From Candidatus Komeilibacteria bacterium (GTDB lineage: Bacteria > Patescibacteriota > Patescibacteriia > UBA1558 > S5-K13), in assembly GCA_030591905.1 (NCBI GenBank), contig JAUVAE010000001.1, positions 1-35,321 of the forward strand: a DNA stretch of 35,321 nucleotides, written 5' to 3'. How positions within the stretch are numbered: the stretch's first letter is position 1; each line of letters starts with the position of its first letter. The position numbers were made by a program, and so were the translations under genes. The notes beneath the pieces are model-generated. The model made no database searches and was not told where the DNA came from. It saw only the letters and a program-made list of their open reading frames with translations. Shown here one piece after another: positions 26,294 to 35,321 of the stretch.

Positions 26294-26567
26294 AAGATAT
26301 AAAAAAAAGTACTTTATCAAAATCAAAGTACTTTATAATATATAATCTAAAAAGTCAAGTGTTTATCTTTTATTTTTGTTTACCTTGACTCTCATCAGAG
26401 GTATTTTGATTTTGGTTTTTTGTTTTTTATAGGCTGTTTTAACCTATAATTTAAGTATAGCATGGATATTGACTCTTGTCAAGAGGGGGACCGATTCTAA
26501 GCTTGATTAAGTGAGTAGATTGCTATATTATGATATAATATAGATAAAGTTAGTAATTGATAATTTT

Positions 26568-27641
26568 ATGAAAATAGTGATTTTAGCAGGGGGTCAGGGA
26601 ACTAGACTTTGGCCTATTTCCAGAAAAAATCAGCCTAAGCAGGCAGAGTGTTTTTTTAATAATCAAACCCTCTTACAGTTGACTTATAAAAGAATTTTAA
26701 AAGGTTTTAAGAAAGAAGATATCTATATTTCTTGCGGAAAAGACCAATTTAAGCTTCTTAATAAACAGATTAAAGCTATTAAAGATAATTTTATATTAGA
26801 GCCAGAGGCCAAAGGTACTGCTATGGCTATTGGTTTAGCTTGTATTAAATTGTATAGGAAAGATAAAAATGTTGTCTTAGCCATGGTTAATTCAGATCAT
26901 TTTATAGAAAATGAAAAAGAATATTTAAGAGTATTAAAACTAACTAATAAAATTGTTGAAGAAAATTCAGATTATTTAGCATTAATTGGAATAAAACCTA
27001 GTTATCCAGAAATAGCTTATGGGTATATTGAATCTGGAGATTTATTTGAAAAAAATGATAAAGATAGAATTTATAAAATAAAGAGATTTAAAGAAAAGCC
27101 AGATTTTAAAACAGCAAAAAAGTATCTAAAAAATGATAAATTTTTATGGAATACAGCTTGGTTTGTTTTTAAAGCAGAAACTATGTTAAATTTATTCAAG
27201 AAGCATCTACCAAAACATTATCAGGCTTTAAAAAATATTGAACAAAAAATTGATACAAAAGACGAAGCTCAGTTTTTGGCGAAAGAATTTAAAAAAGTCA
27301 GTCCAATTTCTATTGATTATGGTATTATTGAGAAAACCCAGAAAATGTTAGTTGTGCCATCAAAAATAAAGTGGCAAGATATTGGTTCTTGGGATGCAGT
27401 AAGGGATTCTTTAGCAAATAAATTACAGATTGATTCGCAAGGCAGTATTTTAATTAATTCAAATAACAATTTAGTTATTAATAAAAATAAAGATAAATTA
27501 ATTTCAATATTAGGAGTTAATGATTTAATAGTTATTGATACTAAAGATGCTTTAATGATATGTCAGAAATCAAAATCTCAAGATGTTAAGAAAATTATTA
27601 AGAGATTAGAGGAAGATAAAAAATTAAATAAATACTTGTAA
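26568..27641 (+). CDS. manC: Mannose-1-phosphate guanylyltransferase
   Basis: ILAGGQGTRLWPISRKNQPKQ, LEPEAKGTA, NSDH, YGYI, FKEKP, ISIDYGIIEK, WQDIGSW. Confidence 0.9.
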   Translation: MKIVILAGGQGTRLWPISRKNQPKQAECFFNNQTLLQLTYKRILKGFKKEDIYISCGKDQFKLLNKQIKAIKDNFILEPEAKGTAMAIGLACIKLYRKDKNVVLAMVNSDHFIENEKEYLRVLKLTNKIVEENSDYLALIGIKPSYPEIAYGYIESGDLFEKNDKDRIYKIKRFKEKPDFKTAKKYLKNDKFLWNTAWFVFKAETMLNLFKKHLPKHYQALKNIEQKIDTKDEAQFLAKEFKKVSPISIDYGIIEKTQKMLVVPSKIKWQDIGSWDAVRDSLANKLQIDSQGSILINSNNNLVINKNKDKLISILGVNDLIVIDTKDALMICQKSKSQDVKKIIKRLEEDKKLNKYL

Positions 27642-28648
27642 TGCAAAAAATTAAATTTATAATAATTTTTATTATAATATTGGCTATATTTAGTCTATTT
27701 TTTTATTCTCATCAAATTAACTATCCTTTATCAAAAGAGGATAGAGAGGTGGTTTTTACTATCGAGAGAGGAGAATCTCCAAAACAAATAGCGGAAAATT
27801 TAGAAGAAGCTCAAATTATTAAAAGTAGTTTTTGGTTGAGATATTATTTAAAAACAAAAGATTTGTCAGCTCAAATTATTGCTGGTACTTTTTCTTTATC
27901 TCCATCAATGAGTATCAGTCAAATAGTAAAAAAGATTACCACTTTAGATGTGATTTCTAATGAAGATAAGATTGTATTAATAGAGGGGTGGAACGCTAGT
28001 GAGATTGGTGAGTATTTAGAAAATAAGGAACTTTGTAATAAAAGAGACTGGTTAAAATTAATTAATAATTATGATGTGAGTAATTATGATTTTTTTAATG
28101 ACAAGCCACTTACAAATAATCTTGAAGGTTATTTATTTCCCGATACTTATGATGTTTATAAAGATGCAAGTTGTAGTGATATTTTAATAAAATTATTAAA
28201 TAACTTTGATAGAAAAGTTTCCAAAGAAATTAAAAATGATATCAAGTCTCAAAATAAAAGTATTTTTGAAATTATTACTATGGCTTCTATTATAGAGAAA
28301 GAGGTTACGAGCATAAAAGATATGAAAATAGTTTCGGGTATTTTTTGGGATAGAATAAAATATAAACAAGCTTTGGAATCATGTGCTACTTTAGCCTATA
28401 TTTTAGGAGAAAATAAGACTCAATATTCTTTGGCTGATACTCAAATAGATTCACCATATAATACTTATAGAAATAGAGGATTACCACCAGGACCGATTAC
28501 TAATCCAGGATTAAATGCGATTGAAGCTGCTGTTTATCCTACTCATACAGATTATAATTATTTTTTAACAGATCCAAAAACAGCTAATACTATTTGGAGT
28601 AAAACTTTTGAAGAACATAAGCAAAATAAGTGGAAGTATCTAAACTAA
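27641..28648 (+). CDS. mltG: Endolytic transglycosylase MltG
   Basis: N-terminal TM, LEGYLFPDTY, MASIIEKE, DSPYNTY..RGLPPGPITNPG. Confidence 0.95.
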   Translation: MQKIKFIIIFIIILAIFSLFFYSHQINYPLSKEDREVVFTIERGESPKQIAENLEEAQIIKSSFWLRYYLKTKDLSAQIIAGTFSLSPSMSISQIVKKITTLDVISNEDKIVLIEGWNASEIGEYLENKELCNKRDWLKLINNYDVSNYDFFNDKPLTNNLEGYLFPDTYDVYKDASCSDILIKLLNNFDRKVSKEIKNDIKSQNKSIFEIITMASIIEKEVTSIKDMKIVSGIFWDRIKYKQALESCATLAYILGENKTQYSLADTQIDSPYNTYRNRGLPPGPITNPGLNAIEAAVYPTHTDYNYFLTDPKTANTIWSKTFEEHKQNKWKYLN

Positions 28649-28649
28649 A

Positions 28650-28721
28650 AATACGGATTAAGAATTAAGAATTACGGAATTTTGTTCCGTTATTCGTATC
28701 TCGTTCTCCGTATATCGTATT
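28650..28721. repeat. Empty heptad-array hairpin between convergent genes
   Basis: AATACGG ATTAAGA ATTAAGA ATTACGG AA / TTCCGTTAT TCGTATC TCGTTCT CCGTAT. Confidence 0.7.
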
Positions 28722-30327
28722 AATACTGTTTTACAAAATTATATCCGATATATTCAAAGGCATCTTGATTAGAGATATCTTTATAAAATATTTTTTCATC
28801 AATATAGTGACTAATATATTGAAATTTATATTTTTCATAATTATAATCATCCGTCACTAATAACACGTTTTCAATTTCATTATCTATTGGAATATATGAT
28901 TGATATAAAAGCCTCATATCATCATTTTGGTATTTATAATATCTAGTTGGCCTAGATTTATCGTTAAAAATATAATACATGGAATACTCTGGGAGGTAGT
29001 AATTTAAATGCCTACCATTTTTAATAAAATTTGTTCTTTGTTTAATATAAGGACTATCTCCTTCAGTGATTATAATGGTATCTTCAGGATTGTATTGCTG
29101 AAGATTTTTTATTATTTGTTCGATGCGATAATCATTATTTTTTAAATTAGCAGCGCTGATGTTATAAGGAGAGACATTGATTAATATTTTTTTATTACTA
29201 ATTAAATTTTCCATATTGAATAAAAAACAAATAGTCTGGAATAAAATAACAATTGATATTATTAAATACTTATGTTTGATTGATTTAATCTTATAAATAG
29301 CTGCTATTCCTAATATTAAGATTAAAGGAGTTATGGTCATAATATATCCAGCTTTACCTAAATGAATTAATGAGTAAAATAAAAAAGAGGGCAAGAACCA
29401 AAACCAGAATATTGATTTAATTTTTTTATGAAATTTTAATTTGCCTTTAAGAAAAGAATAAATTATAAATATTGATAATATTCCACCAGAATAGAAAAAT
29501 AATTTTATAGTATTTCCAGTTTGTCTTAATGTGCTTTGGATTTTTGATAAAGAAATGAATGCTGTTGCTGTTGTTGATACAGAATATTGACCCTTGGTAA
29601 TCTCAAAAAATTCTTTTAAACCACCTGATAAATAAGCTGTAGGGATTAACCACGATAAAGTTGTTAAAATTAAGATTATTGTATTTGATAATATATTATA
29701 AAAATAATGTTTTTCTCTTTTTAAATAATAATAGGCTGTAAATATATAGAGCGGAGCAAAGAAAATAACTAAACTTTGTCTAAAGCCTATTCCGATTCCA
29801 AATAAAAAACTGAAAAGAGGAAATATTTTTTTATTTTCTTTTATTATTAAATAACTTAAATAAAAATAGATCAGAGCAAATAAAGCATCTATTATATATA
29901 TATTAACAAATTCGCCATGGAACCATATAAAAGGATTGGTTATAAAAATTATAGCTGATAATATTGATAATTTTTGGTCTTTAAATATTTTTAAAGCAAT
30001 ATTATAAAATAATATAGTAGCTATGATAGTAAAAATAATATTAATAATAATTAAGGAATAATTTGCGTTTCCAATAATATTATTCAAAAATTTTCCTGAA
30101 TAAACATAAAAAAAATAACCAGGGGGATGGGGCTGGTGATTGATAATACTAAAATTTTTCATCCCTAAGGCTAATTGAACAGAATCCCATTCAAACAAAT
30201 ACTTAGTAGCAAATAAAACTCTAGTAAATATAGTTGTAATTATTAATACTAAATAAGTTGCATATTTATTATTCTTATTTTTTTCAGAAAATAGATTTTT
30301 TGTATAATTTAAGCCTTTTTTTATCAT
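28720..30327 (-). CDS. Polytopic GT-C-type glycosyltransferase (PMT/DUF2723-like)
   Basis: EWDSVQLALG...HQPHPPGY in the first loop, many TM helices, GIGFRQ. Confidence 0.7.
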   Translation of the reverse strand: MIKKGLNYTKNLFSEKNKNNKYATYLVLIITTIFTRVLFATKYLFEWDSVQLALGMKNFSIINHQPHPPGYFFYVYSGKFLNNIIGNANYSLIIINIIFTIIATILFYNIALKIFKDQKLSILSAIIFITNPFIWFHGEFVNIYIIDALFALIYFYLSYLIIKENKKIFPLFSFLFGIGIGFRQSLVIFFAPLYIFTAYYYLKREKHYFYNILSNTIILILTTLSWLIPTAYLSGGLKEFFEITKGQYSVSTTATAFISLSKIQSTLRQTGNTIKLFFYSGGILSIFIIYSFLKGKLKFHKKIKSIFWFWFLPSFLFYSLIHLGKAGYIMTITPLILILGIAAIYKIKSIKHKYLIISIVILFQTICFLFNMENLISNKKILINVSPYNISAANLKNNDYRIEQIIKNLQQYNPEDTIIITEGDSPYIKQRTNFIKNGRHLNYYLPEYSMYYIFNDKSRPTRYYKYQNDDMRLLYQSYIPIDNEIENVLLVTDDYNYEKYKFQYISHYIDEKIFYKDISNQDAFEYIGYNFVKQY

Positions 30328-30429
30328 TTTTTTATTATTAATCTATTGATTTTTTATTTAAAAGTCAGTAGTATAATGTTAGGATGTTTGAAAACATTAT
30401 ATCTATATTTTACACTTTTTACACTTTTT

Positions 30430-31950
30430 ATGCTAATAAGGCTATTAAAATTTTTAAGAGTTTCTGAAAATTCATTAGGTAGAGTAGAACTAAGAATATA
30501 TGAAATGATACCTGGATTATTAATTTGGGTAACTTTTATTTTAGCAGTAGTTTTGTCAATATTCAAATCTTTGTGGGTAATTTATTTTGTAATAATTTTA
30601 GATGTTTATTGGGTTATTAGGATATGGTATTTATTTGTTTATTTAATAGTTTCTTGGCTTAGATATATTAAATCTACTAGGATTAATTGGCAAGCTAAAG
30701 TTCAGGAATTTCCTAATTGGCAGAATTATATTCATTTAATAACTCTGCCAACCTATAAAGAACCCTATGAGGTAGTTCGAGATACCTTTGATAAGTTATT
30801 GGAATCAGATTATCCAAAAGATAAGATGGTAATTGTTTTAGGCGGAGAAGAAAGAGATCAAGATAATTTTTTACAGATAGCTAATAGAATAAAATCAGAA
30901 TATGGCGATAGATTTCAGGATTTATTAATAACTATTCATCCCCAAGATTTGCCTGATGAAATTCCTGGAAAAGGTTCTAATATGTATCATATTGGGAAGA
31001 AAGCGGCCGAGTATTTTAAAGAGAGGGGAATTGATTATTCTCAGGTGATTATTTCTATGTTTGATATTGAAACTTGGCCAGACCCACATTATTTTAATGC
31101 TTTGACTTATTATTATTTATCTAGCGACAATCCAGAACATTTCTCTTATCAGCCTTTAGTTTTATTTAATAATAATATTTGGAAATCAAATATTTTAGTT
31201 AGAGTTGTGGCTAGCTCTACTACTTTCTGGTTATTAACTGATATGTCTAGATCAGAGAGATTATTTACATTTTCTTCCCATAGTATGAGTTTTAATACCT
31301 TAGTTAATGTTGGTTTTCATCCTAAAGGTGTTGTCACAGAGGATACTAGAATATTTTTACAGTGTTTGAATTATTTTGATGGTGATTATCAGGCTCAACC
31401 AATTTTTGTTCCAGTTTCAATGCAAACCGTAGATATTGGTAATTTATGGGCATCATTCAAAAATCAATATATTCAAATAAGAAGATGGGGTTGGGGAGTA
31501 GAACATTTTCCCTGGATGATGTTAAATTTAGTTAAAAATAAAAAAGTATCTTGGAAAAAGAAATTCAGATATCTTTGGAATCAAACGGAAGGAGTGTATA
31601 CTTGGGCAACTTTACCAATATTAATATTGTTTTTAGGTTATTTTCCTATTTGGGTTGCTGATGCGACCATTCATTATAATGTATTAATTCATAATACTCC
31701 TCAAATTTTAAAACAAATAATGAATTTTGGTTTGGCAGGTATTATGCTGATCTCTCTTTTGAATATAGGTTTTTTACCACCAAAACCCAAAGATGTATCC
31801 TGGATAAAATATCCTTTAATGATTTTGCAATGGGTCTTATTTCCAATTACTATGATTTTATTTGGTTCTATACCGTCCATAGAAGCCCAAACTAGATTAA
31901 TGTTAGGCGGAAAATTTAGATTAGGATTTCAAGTAACTAAAAAGAATTAG
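30430..31950 (+). CDS. Membrane glycosyltransferase family 2 (processive synthase-like); start uncertain
   Basis: LPTYKEP, PGKG, TED, QIRRWGWG (QxxRW), TM helices at both ends. Confidence 0.75.
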   Translation: MLIRLLKFLRVSENSLGRVELRIYEMIPGLLIWVTFILAVVLSIFKSLWVIYFVIILDVYWVIRIWYLFVYLIVSWLRYIKSTRINWQAKVQEFPNWQNYIHLITLPTYKEPYEVVRDTFDKLLESDYPKDKMVIVLGGEERDQDNFLQIANRIKSEYGDRFQDLLITIHPQDLPDEIPGKGSNMYHIGKKAAEYFKERGIDYSQVIISMFDIETWPDPHYFNALTYYYLSSDNPEHFSYQPLVLFNNNIWKSNILVRVVASSTTFWLLTDMSRSERLFTFSSHSMSFNTLVNVGFHPKGVVTEDTRIFLQCLNYFDGDYQAQPIFVPVSMQTVDIGNLWASFKNQYIQIRRWGWGVEHFPWMMLNLVKNKKVSWKKKFRYLWNQTEGVYTWATLPILILFLGYFPIWVADATIHYNVLIHNTPQILKQIMNFGLAGIMLISLLNIGFLPPKPKDVSWIKYPLMILQWVLFPITMILFGSIPSIEAQTRLMLGGKFRLGFQVTKKN

Positions 31951-31964
31951 TTTATTTTAAAATT

Positions 31965-32534
31965 ATGGAAGAAATAGAAGTTAAGTTTCTGGATATTGAT
32001 TCGGATTCTTTAATTAAAAAATTAGAAGAGTCAGGTGCAAAGAAAATTTTTGAAAAACTTTATAAAAGGCGAGTTTTTGATTATCCAGATTGGAGACTAG
32101 ATAAAAACCATTCTTGGTTAAGATTAAGAGATGAAGGAGATCAGATTACCTTAGCTTTTAAGAAAAGAGTTAAGCCCGGACAAAAAGGAGAGAATGATCA
32201 AAGTATGCAAGAGAGTGAAATTACAGTTAGTGATTTTGAACAAACTACAGACATTTTATTAAATATTGGATTAATAGAGAAGTCTTATCAGGAAAATAAA
32301 AGAATTCGTTATATTTTAAACGATATTGAGTTTGATATTGATTCTTGGCCTCAGATTCCGACTTATTTAGAAATTGAAGCAGAATCTTGGGAAAAAATTG
32401 AAGAAGCTATTAAATCTTTAGGATTAAATTCAGAAGATAAAAAAATATTCTCCACCACTCAGGTTTATGAGAATTATAAAATGAATTTAAATGATTATCA
32501 GAAAGTTACTTTTCAGGAGATGGTTTTAAAGTAA
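31965..32534 (+). CDS. CYTH domain protein (class IV adenylate cyclase-like)
   Basis: EEIEVKF (ExExK), WLRLRDEG, YQENKRIRY, YLEIE. Confidence 0.9.
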   Translation: MEEIEVKFLDIDSDSLIKKLEESGAKKIFEKLYKRRVFDYPDWRLDKNHSWLRLRDEGDQITLAFKKRVKPGQKGENDQSMQESEITVSDFEQTTDILLNIGLIEKSYQENKRIRYILNDIEFDIDSWPQIPTYLEIEAESWEKIEEAIKSLGLNSEDKKIFSTTQVYENYKMNLNDYQKVTFQEMVLK

Positions 32535-32540
32535 ATTTAC

Positions 32541-32568
32541 TTTACAAATTTATTTATTGTATTAGAAT
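32541..32568 (+). promoter_or_regulatory. sigma70-type promoter for the Cys leader; predicted +1 at the ATG
   Basis: TTTACA (32541-32546), 16-nt spacer, TAGAAT (32563-32568); ATG begins 7 nt after the -10 box. Confidence 0.6.
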
Positions 32569-32574
32569 AAAAGT

Positions 32575-32649
32575 ATGAGATATAGATTAACAAGTTTAAA
32601 TTGTTGCAATCTTCTCGAGGCAGTCTCGGGTGGATTATGTTGTTGTTGA
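32575..32649 (+). CDS. Cys-rich leader peptide MRYRLTSLNCCNLLEAVSGGLCCC (24 aa)
   Basis: Manually translated; five Cys codons in two runs, directly upstream of a terminator and cysteine synthase. Confidence 0.8.
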   Translation: MRYRLTSLNCCNLLEAVSGGLCCC

Positions 32650-32670
32650 TTTTATTTTCGTAATCTTTAT

Positions 32671-32704
32671 ACTCTCGGGACCGCCGAGAGTTTTTTGTTT
32701 TTTT
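32671..32704 (+). terminator. Attenuator terminator upstream of cysteine synthase
   Basis: ACTCTCGG-gaccg-CCGAGAGT stem followed by TTTTTGTTTTTTT. Confidence 0.85.
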
Positions 32705-32723
32705 AATTAATAAAAATAATTAT

Positions 32724-33605
32724 ATGATTTACAATAATATATTAGAATTAATTGGTCGAACACCAATTATCAAGTTAAGAAATAAGAATCCTCAAGTTAA
32801 TTTATATGCTAAATTTGAAGGCAATAATCCCGGTGGTTCAATTAAAGATAGGGCAGCTTTAAATATGATTAAGCAAGCTGAACAGAAGGGGTACTTGAAT
32901 AAGAATAAAATTATTCTAGAAGCTAGTAGCGGAAATATGGGTATTGCTTTGAGTATGATTGGAGCTTATAAAGGTTATAGAGTAAAAATAATTATGTCTA
33001 ATGGAACAAGTATAGAAAGAAGAAAAATTATTAAGAGTTTTGGTGCTGATTTAGTATTGACTGATTCTAGTTTAGGTACTAAAGGAGCTTTAAATTTTGC
33101 TTTAAATTTAGTTAAGAAATATCCTAACAAGTATTGGTTTGCAGATCAATTTAATAATCTAGATAATATGCAAGCTCATTATACTTTTACTGCTGAAGAA
33201 ATCTTAAAAGATTTAGAAAAGATTGATTATTTTGTAGCGGGTATTGGAACTGGGGGAACAATGGTAGGTATTGCTAAAAGGTTAAAAGAAAAAAATTCTT
33301 ATATGAAAGTTATTGGAATTTTACCACCTGCTGGCTATCAAATCCAAGGAATTCAAAATATTAAGAAAGATTTTTTTGGAAAAATTTATAATTCAAATTT
33401 AATTGATAATTTTTTGAAGGTTTCCAAAAAAGAAGCTTTTCAAATTGTGAGAGATGTTGCTAAGAGCGACGGATTATTTCTTGGAATGAGTTCAGGCGCA
33501 AATATTTTTGGAGCGTTTAAATTATCTAAAACAATAAAAAAAGGTAATATATTAACAATATTACCTGATAGAGGAGAAAAATATTTAAGTAGTGGATTAT
33601 TCTAA
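32724..33605 (+). CDS. cysM: Cysteine synthase (PLP-dependent, CysM/CysK family)
   Basis: IGRTP, AKFEGNNPGGSIKDR, EASSGNMG, GIGTGGT, GMSSGA, PDRGEKYLS. Confidence 0.85.
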   Translation: MIYNNILELIGRTPIIKLRNKNPQVNLYAKFEGNNPGGSIKDRAALNMIKQAEQKGYLNKNKIILEASSGNMGIALSMIGAYKGYRVKIIMSNGTSIERRKIIKSFGADLVLTDSSLGTKGALNFALNLVKKYPNKYWFADQFNNLDNMQAHYTFTAEEILKDLEKIDYFVAGIGTGGTMVGIAKRLKEKNSYMKVIGILPPAGYQIQGIQNIKKDFFGKIYNSNLIDNFLKVSKKEAFQIVRDVAKSDGLFLGMSSGANIFGAFKLSKTIKKGNILTILPDRGEKYLSSGLF

Positions 33606-34529
33606 AATAGTTCCAATAAAATCTTTATAGCCATTGATGAAAGAATTAATATCTATTTTTTGTTTTCCTTCAATTTGAACTATGAGGGGGCAGAGGAGTC
33701 CGTTTTTAGTTTGAATAGCTATTTTATCATCTTCTAAAAATACTTCAGCAGTTTGGTGTTCAGTATTTTTTTCTAGGAATTTAGCTTCAACTATCTTTAA
33801 TAATTTATTATTAAAATAAGTATAAGCCCCGGGCCAATTATAGAAAGCTTTGATTTTATTATTTATATTTTTAGCAGAATTATTCCAGTCAATTAGTCCG
33901 TCTTTTTTTTCTATCATCTGAGCATAAGTAGCTTGATTATTATCTTGAGGATGAGTTTGAATTTCGTTATTGATATATTTATCTAGATTATTTATTAATA
34001 GCTTATTTCCTAAAGAAAATAATTTATTATTTAAAGTTTTATGATCATCTTCAGGGCTAATTGTAATTTTTTTCTGAGCTATAATTGGCCCAGCATCCAT
34101 TTCTTTAGCTAATAACATAATACTTACTCCAGCTTCTTTGTCTCCATTTAGTAATGTTGTTTGCACAGGAGAAGGACCTCGGTATTTAGGTAAAAGAGAG
34201 GGATGAATATTAATAATTCCGAGTGGAAATGAATCTAAAATATCTTGAGGAATCATTGTTCCATAAGAGAGGAGAATGGCTAAATTAGCTTGAGTGTTTT
34301 TTAGAATTTCAATTGATTCTAGATCACTAAGCTTATCCTTTTCAATTATTTTAATATTAGATTGCTCAGCTATTTTTCTAACTGGATTTTGTTTTTTAAC
34401 TCGACCAGTTTTTTTACTAGTTTTAGTAATTATTAATTCAATATTATAATCAGCTTGAATCAGCTCAGTTAATAATTTAGCTGAGTTTTCATCAGAACCG
34501 AAAAAAACTATTTTATTTTTATTTTTCAT
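33597..34529 (-). CDS. fmt: Methionyl-tRNA formyltransferase; start taken at MKNKNKIVFFG
   Basis: NIHPSLLPKYRGPSP, MDAGPI, ATYA, WPGAY. Confidence 0.93.
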   Translation of the reverse strand: MKNKNKIVFFGSDENSAKLLTELIQADYNIELIITKTSKKTGRVKKQNPVRKIAEQSNIKIIEKDKLSDLESIEILKNTQANLAILLSYGTMIPQDILDSFPLGIINIHPSLLPKYRGPSPVQTTLLNGDKEAGVSIMLLAKEMDAGPIIAQKKITISPEDDHKTLNNKLFSLGNKLLINNLDKYINNEIQTHPQDNNQATYAQMIEKKDGLIDWNNSAKNINNKIKAFYNWPGAYTYFNNKLLKIVEAKFLEKNTEHQTAEVFLEDDKIAIQTKNGLLCPLIVQIEGKQKIDINSFINGYKDFIGTILE

Positions 34530-35022
34530 CAGCTTGAGCCTGAGCTTGTAATTTTTTAAATTTATTTTTACCAGTAGTAAATTTTTTAATTTTATCTGTA
34601 AAAATAATACCATTAATATGATCCATTTCATGTTGAAAAACTGTAGCCATTAATTGTTTAGCTTTAAGTTTTTTCTTATTTCCATTCTGATCTTGATATT
34701 GTAAAATTATCTTTCTAGATCTAGATATATAACCAGTGATGTCTGGAAAGGAAAGACAACCTTCATCAAATTTTTGTTTTAATAAAGATTTACTTTTTAT
34801 CTGAGGATTAATAAAAGCTTGAGGACCTTGGTCAGTATTAACAACAATAAGTCTCATATTTAATCCTACTTGATTAGCCGCTAATCCAATACCATCATAT
34901 TTGATCATGGCTTTTTTCATTTCTTTAATAATTCTATTTAATTGGGAATCATTAAAATCCTTAACTTCGTTAAGTTTTGTTCTCAGTATTTTATTTGGAT
35001 ATGTTACAATATTTAATTTCAT
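34519..35022 (-). CDS. def: Peptide deformylase
   Basis: GIGLAANQVG, EGCLS, QHEMDHING. Confidence 0.96.
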   Translation of the reverse strand: MKLNIVTYPNKILRTKLNEVKDFNDSQLNRIIKEMKKAMIKYDGIGLAANQVGLNMRLIVVNTDQGPQAFINPQIKSKSLLKQKFDEGCLSFPDITGYISRSRKIILQYQDQNGNKKKLKAKQLMATVFQHEMDHINGIIFTDKIKKFTTGKNKFKKLQAQAQADEK

Positions 35023-35321
35023 AATTTAAAATAATTTTTATCTATAATATCTATTTTATTTAATATTTTTTTGAGTTTTTTTATATTTTCTTCACTTTCA
35101 TATTTTATCATTATATATTTTAAATAAAAAGAAAATGTTTTTTTAATCTGGGGTTCAATGATTGGCATTAGTTCAATATTATCTGAGACTATGTTTTCAA
35201 TTTCAGTATAAAGCTGATCAGTTTTTTGATCTAAGGTTTTTTGATCCTTATCTTTTACTGTAATTTTTAACATATTATAGAAGGGAGGATATTTAAAAAG
35301 TTTTCTAAATTCAAGTTCGTC
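35019..35321 (-). CDS. priA: Primosomal protein N' C-terminal end (partial, runs off the window)
   Basis: Frame stays open to the window edge: DELEFRKLFKYPPFYNMLKIT, matching the PriA EL..R....YPPF motif; priA-def-fmt order. Confidence 0.75.
   Translation of the reverse strand, partial: DELEFRKLFKYPPFYNMLKITVKDKDQKTLDQKTDQLYTEIENIVSDNIELMPIIEPQIKKTFSFYLKYIMIKYESEENIKKLKKILNKIDIIDKNYFKL

Noticed and set aside
1379..26345. Antisense or overlapping short ORFs in the track (1379, 4473, 5184, 8353, 14894, 17247, 19783, 20723, 21584, 22304, 23089, 24359, 24933, 26112; also 30354)
   Set aside because: Shadow frames of well-supported genes, with no recognisable motifs.
32647..32649. TGA recoding (code 25 or selenocysteine) extending the leader
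   Set aside because: TGA serves as a stop elsewhere (11977, 14621, 21806) and long ORFs are intact under code 11.
35019..35273. Independent 84-aa protein
   Set aside because: The frame stays open to the window edge with the PriA YPPF motif, so it is the priA 3' end.

Overview
AT-rich bacterial chromosomal segment (genetic code 11). Gene content and Shine-Dalgarno-poor starts suggest a Patescibacteria/CPR (Parcubacteria-like) genome; this is inference. It carries housekeeping genes (ileS, recO, tgt, rplY, pgk-eno-gpmI, uppP, mltG, partial priA-def-fmt), a FadD-PlsC-HAD lipid module, 7TM sensor genes, surface-glycosylation genes and a cysteine synthase. The unusual content lies outside the ORF track. 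(1) A promoter-leaderless Cys-rich peptide-antiterminator-terminator attenuator sits upstream of cysteine synthase. (2) A family of CCC...GGG+4-nt hairpin micro-insertions occurs four times in frame inside ileS and tgt, where excision restores canonical-looking motifs, and twice beside TTGACA -35 boxes. (3) Cassettes bounded by inverted arrays of 7-nt repeats either carry four-helix-bundle genes or are empty. (4) A REP-like CTCCT-AGTC-AGGAG family is tied to a DUF559 nuclease gene. Classes 2-4 are nested inside one another at 11978-12786.
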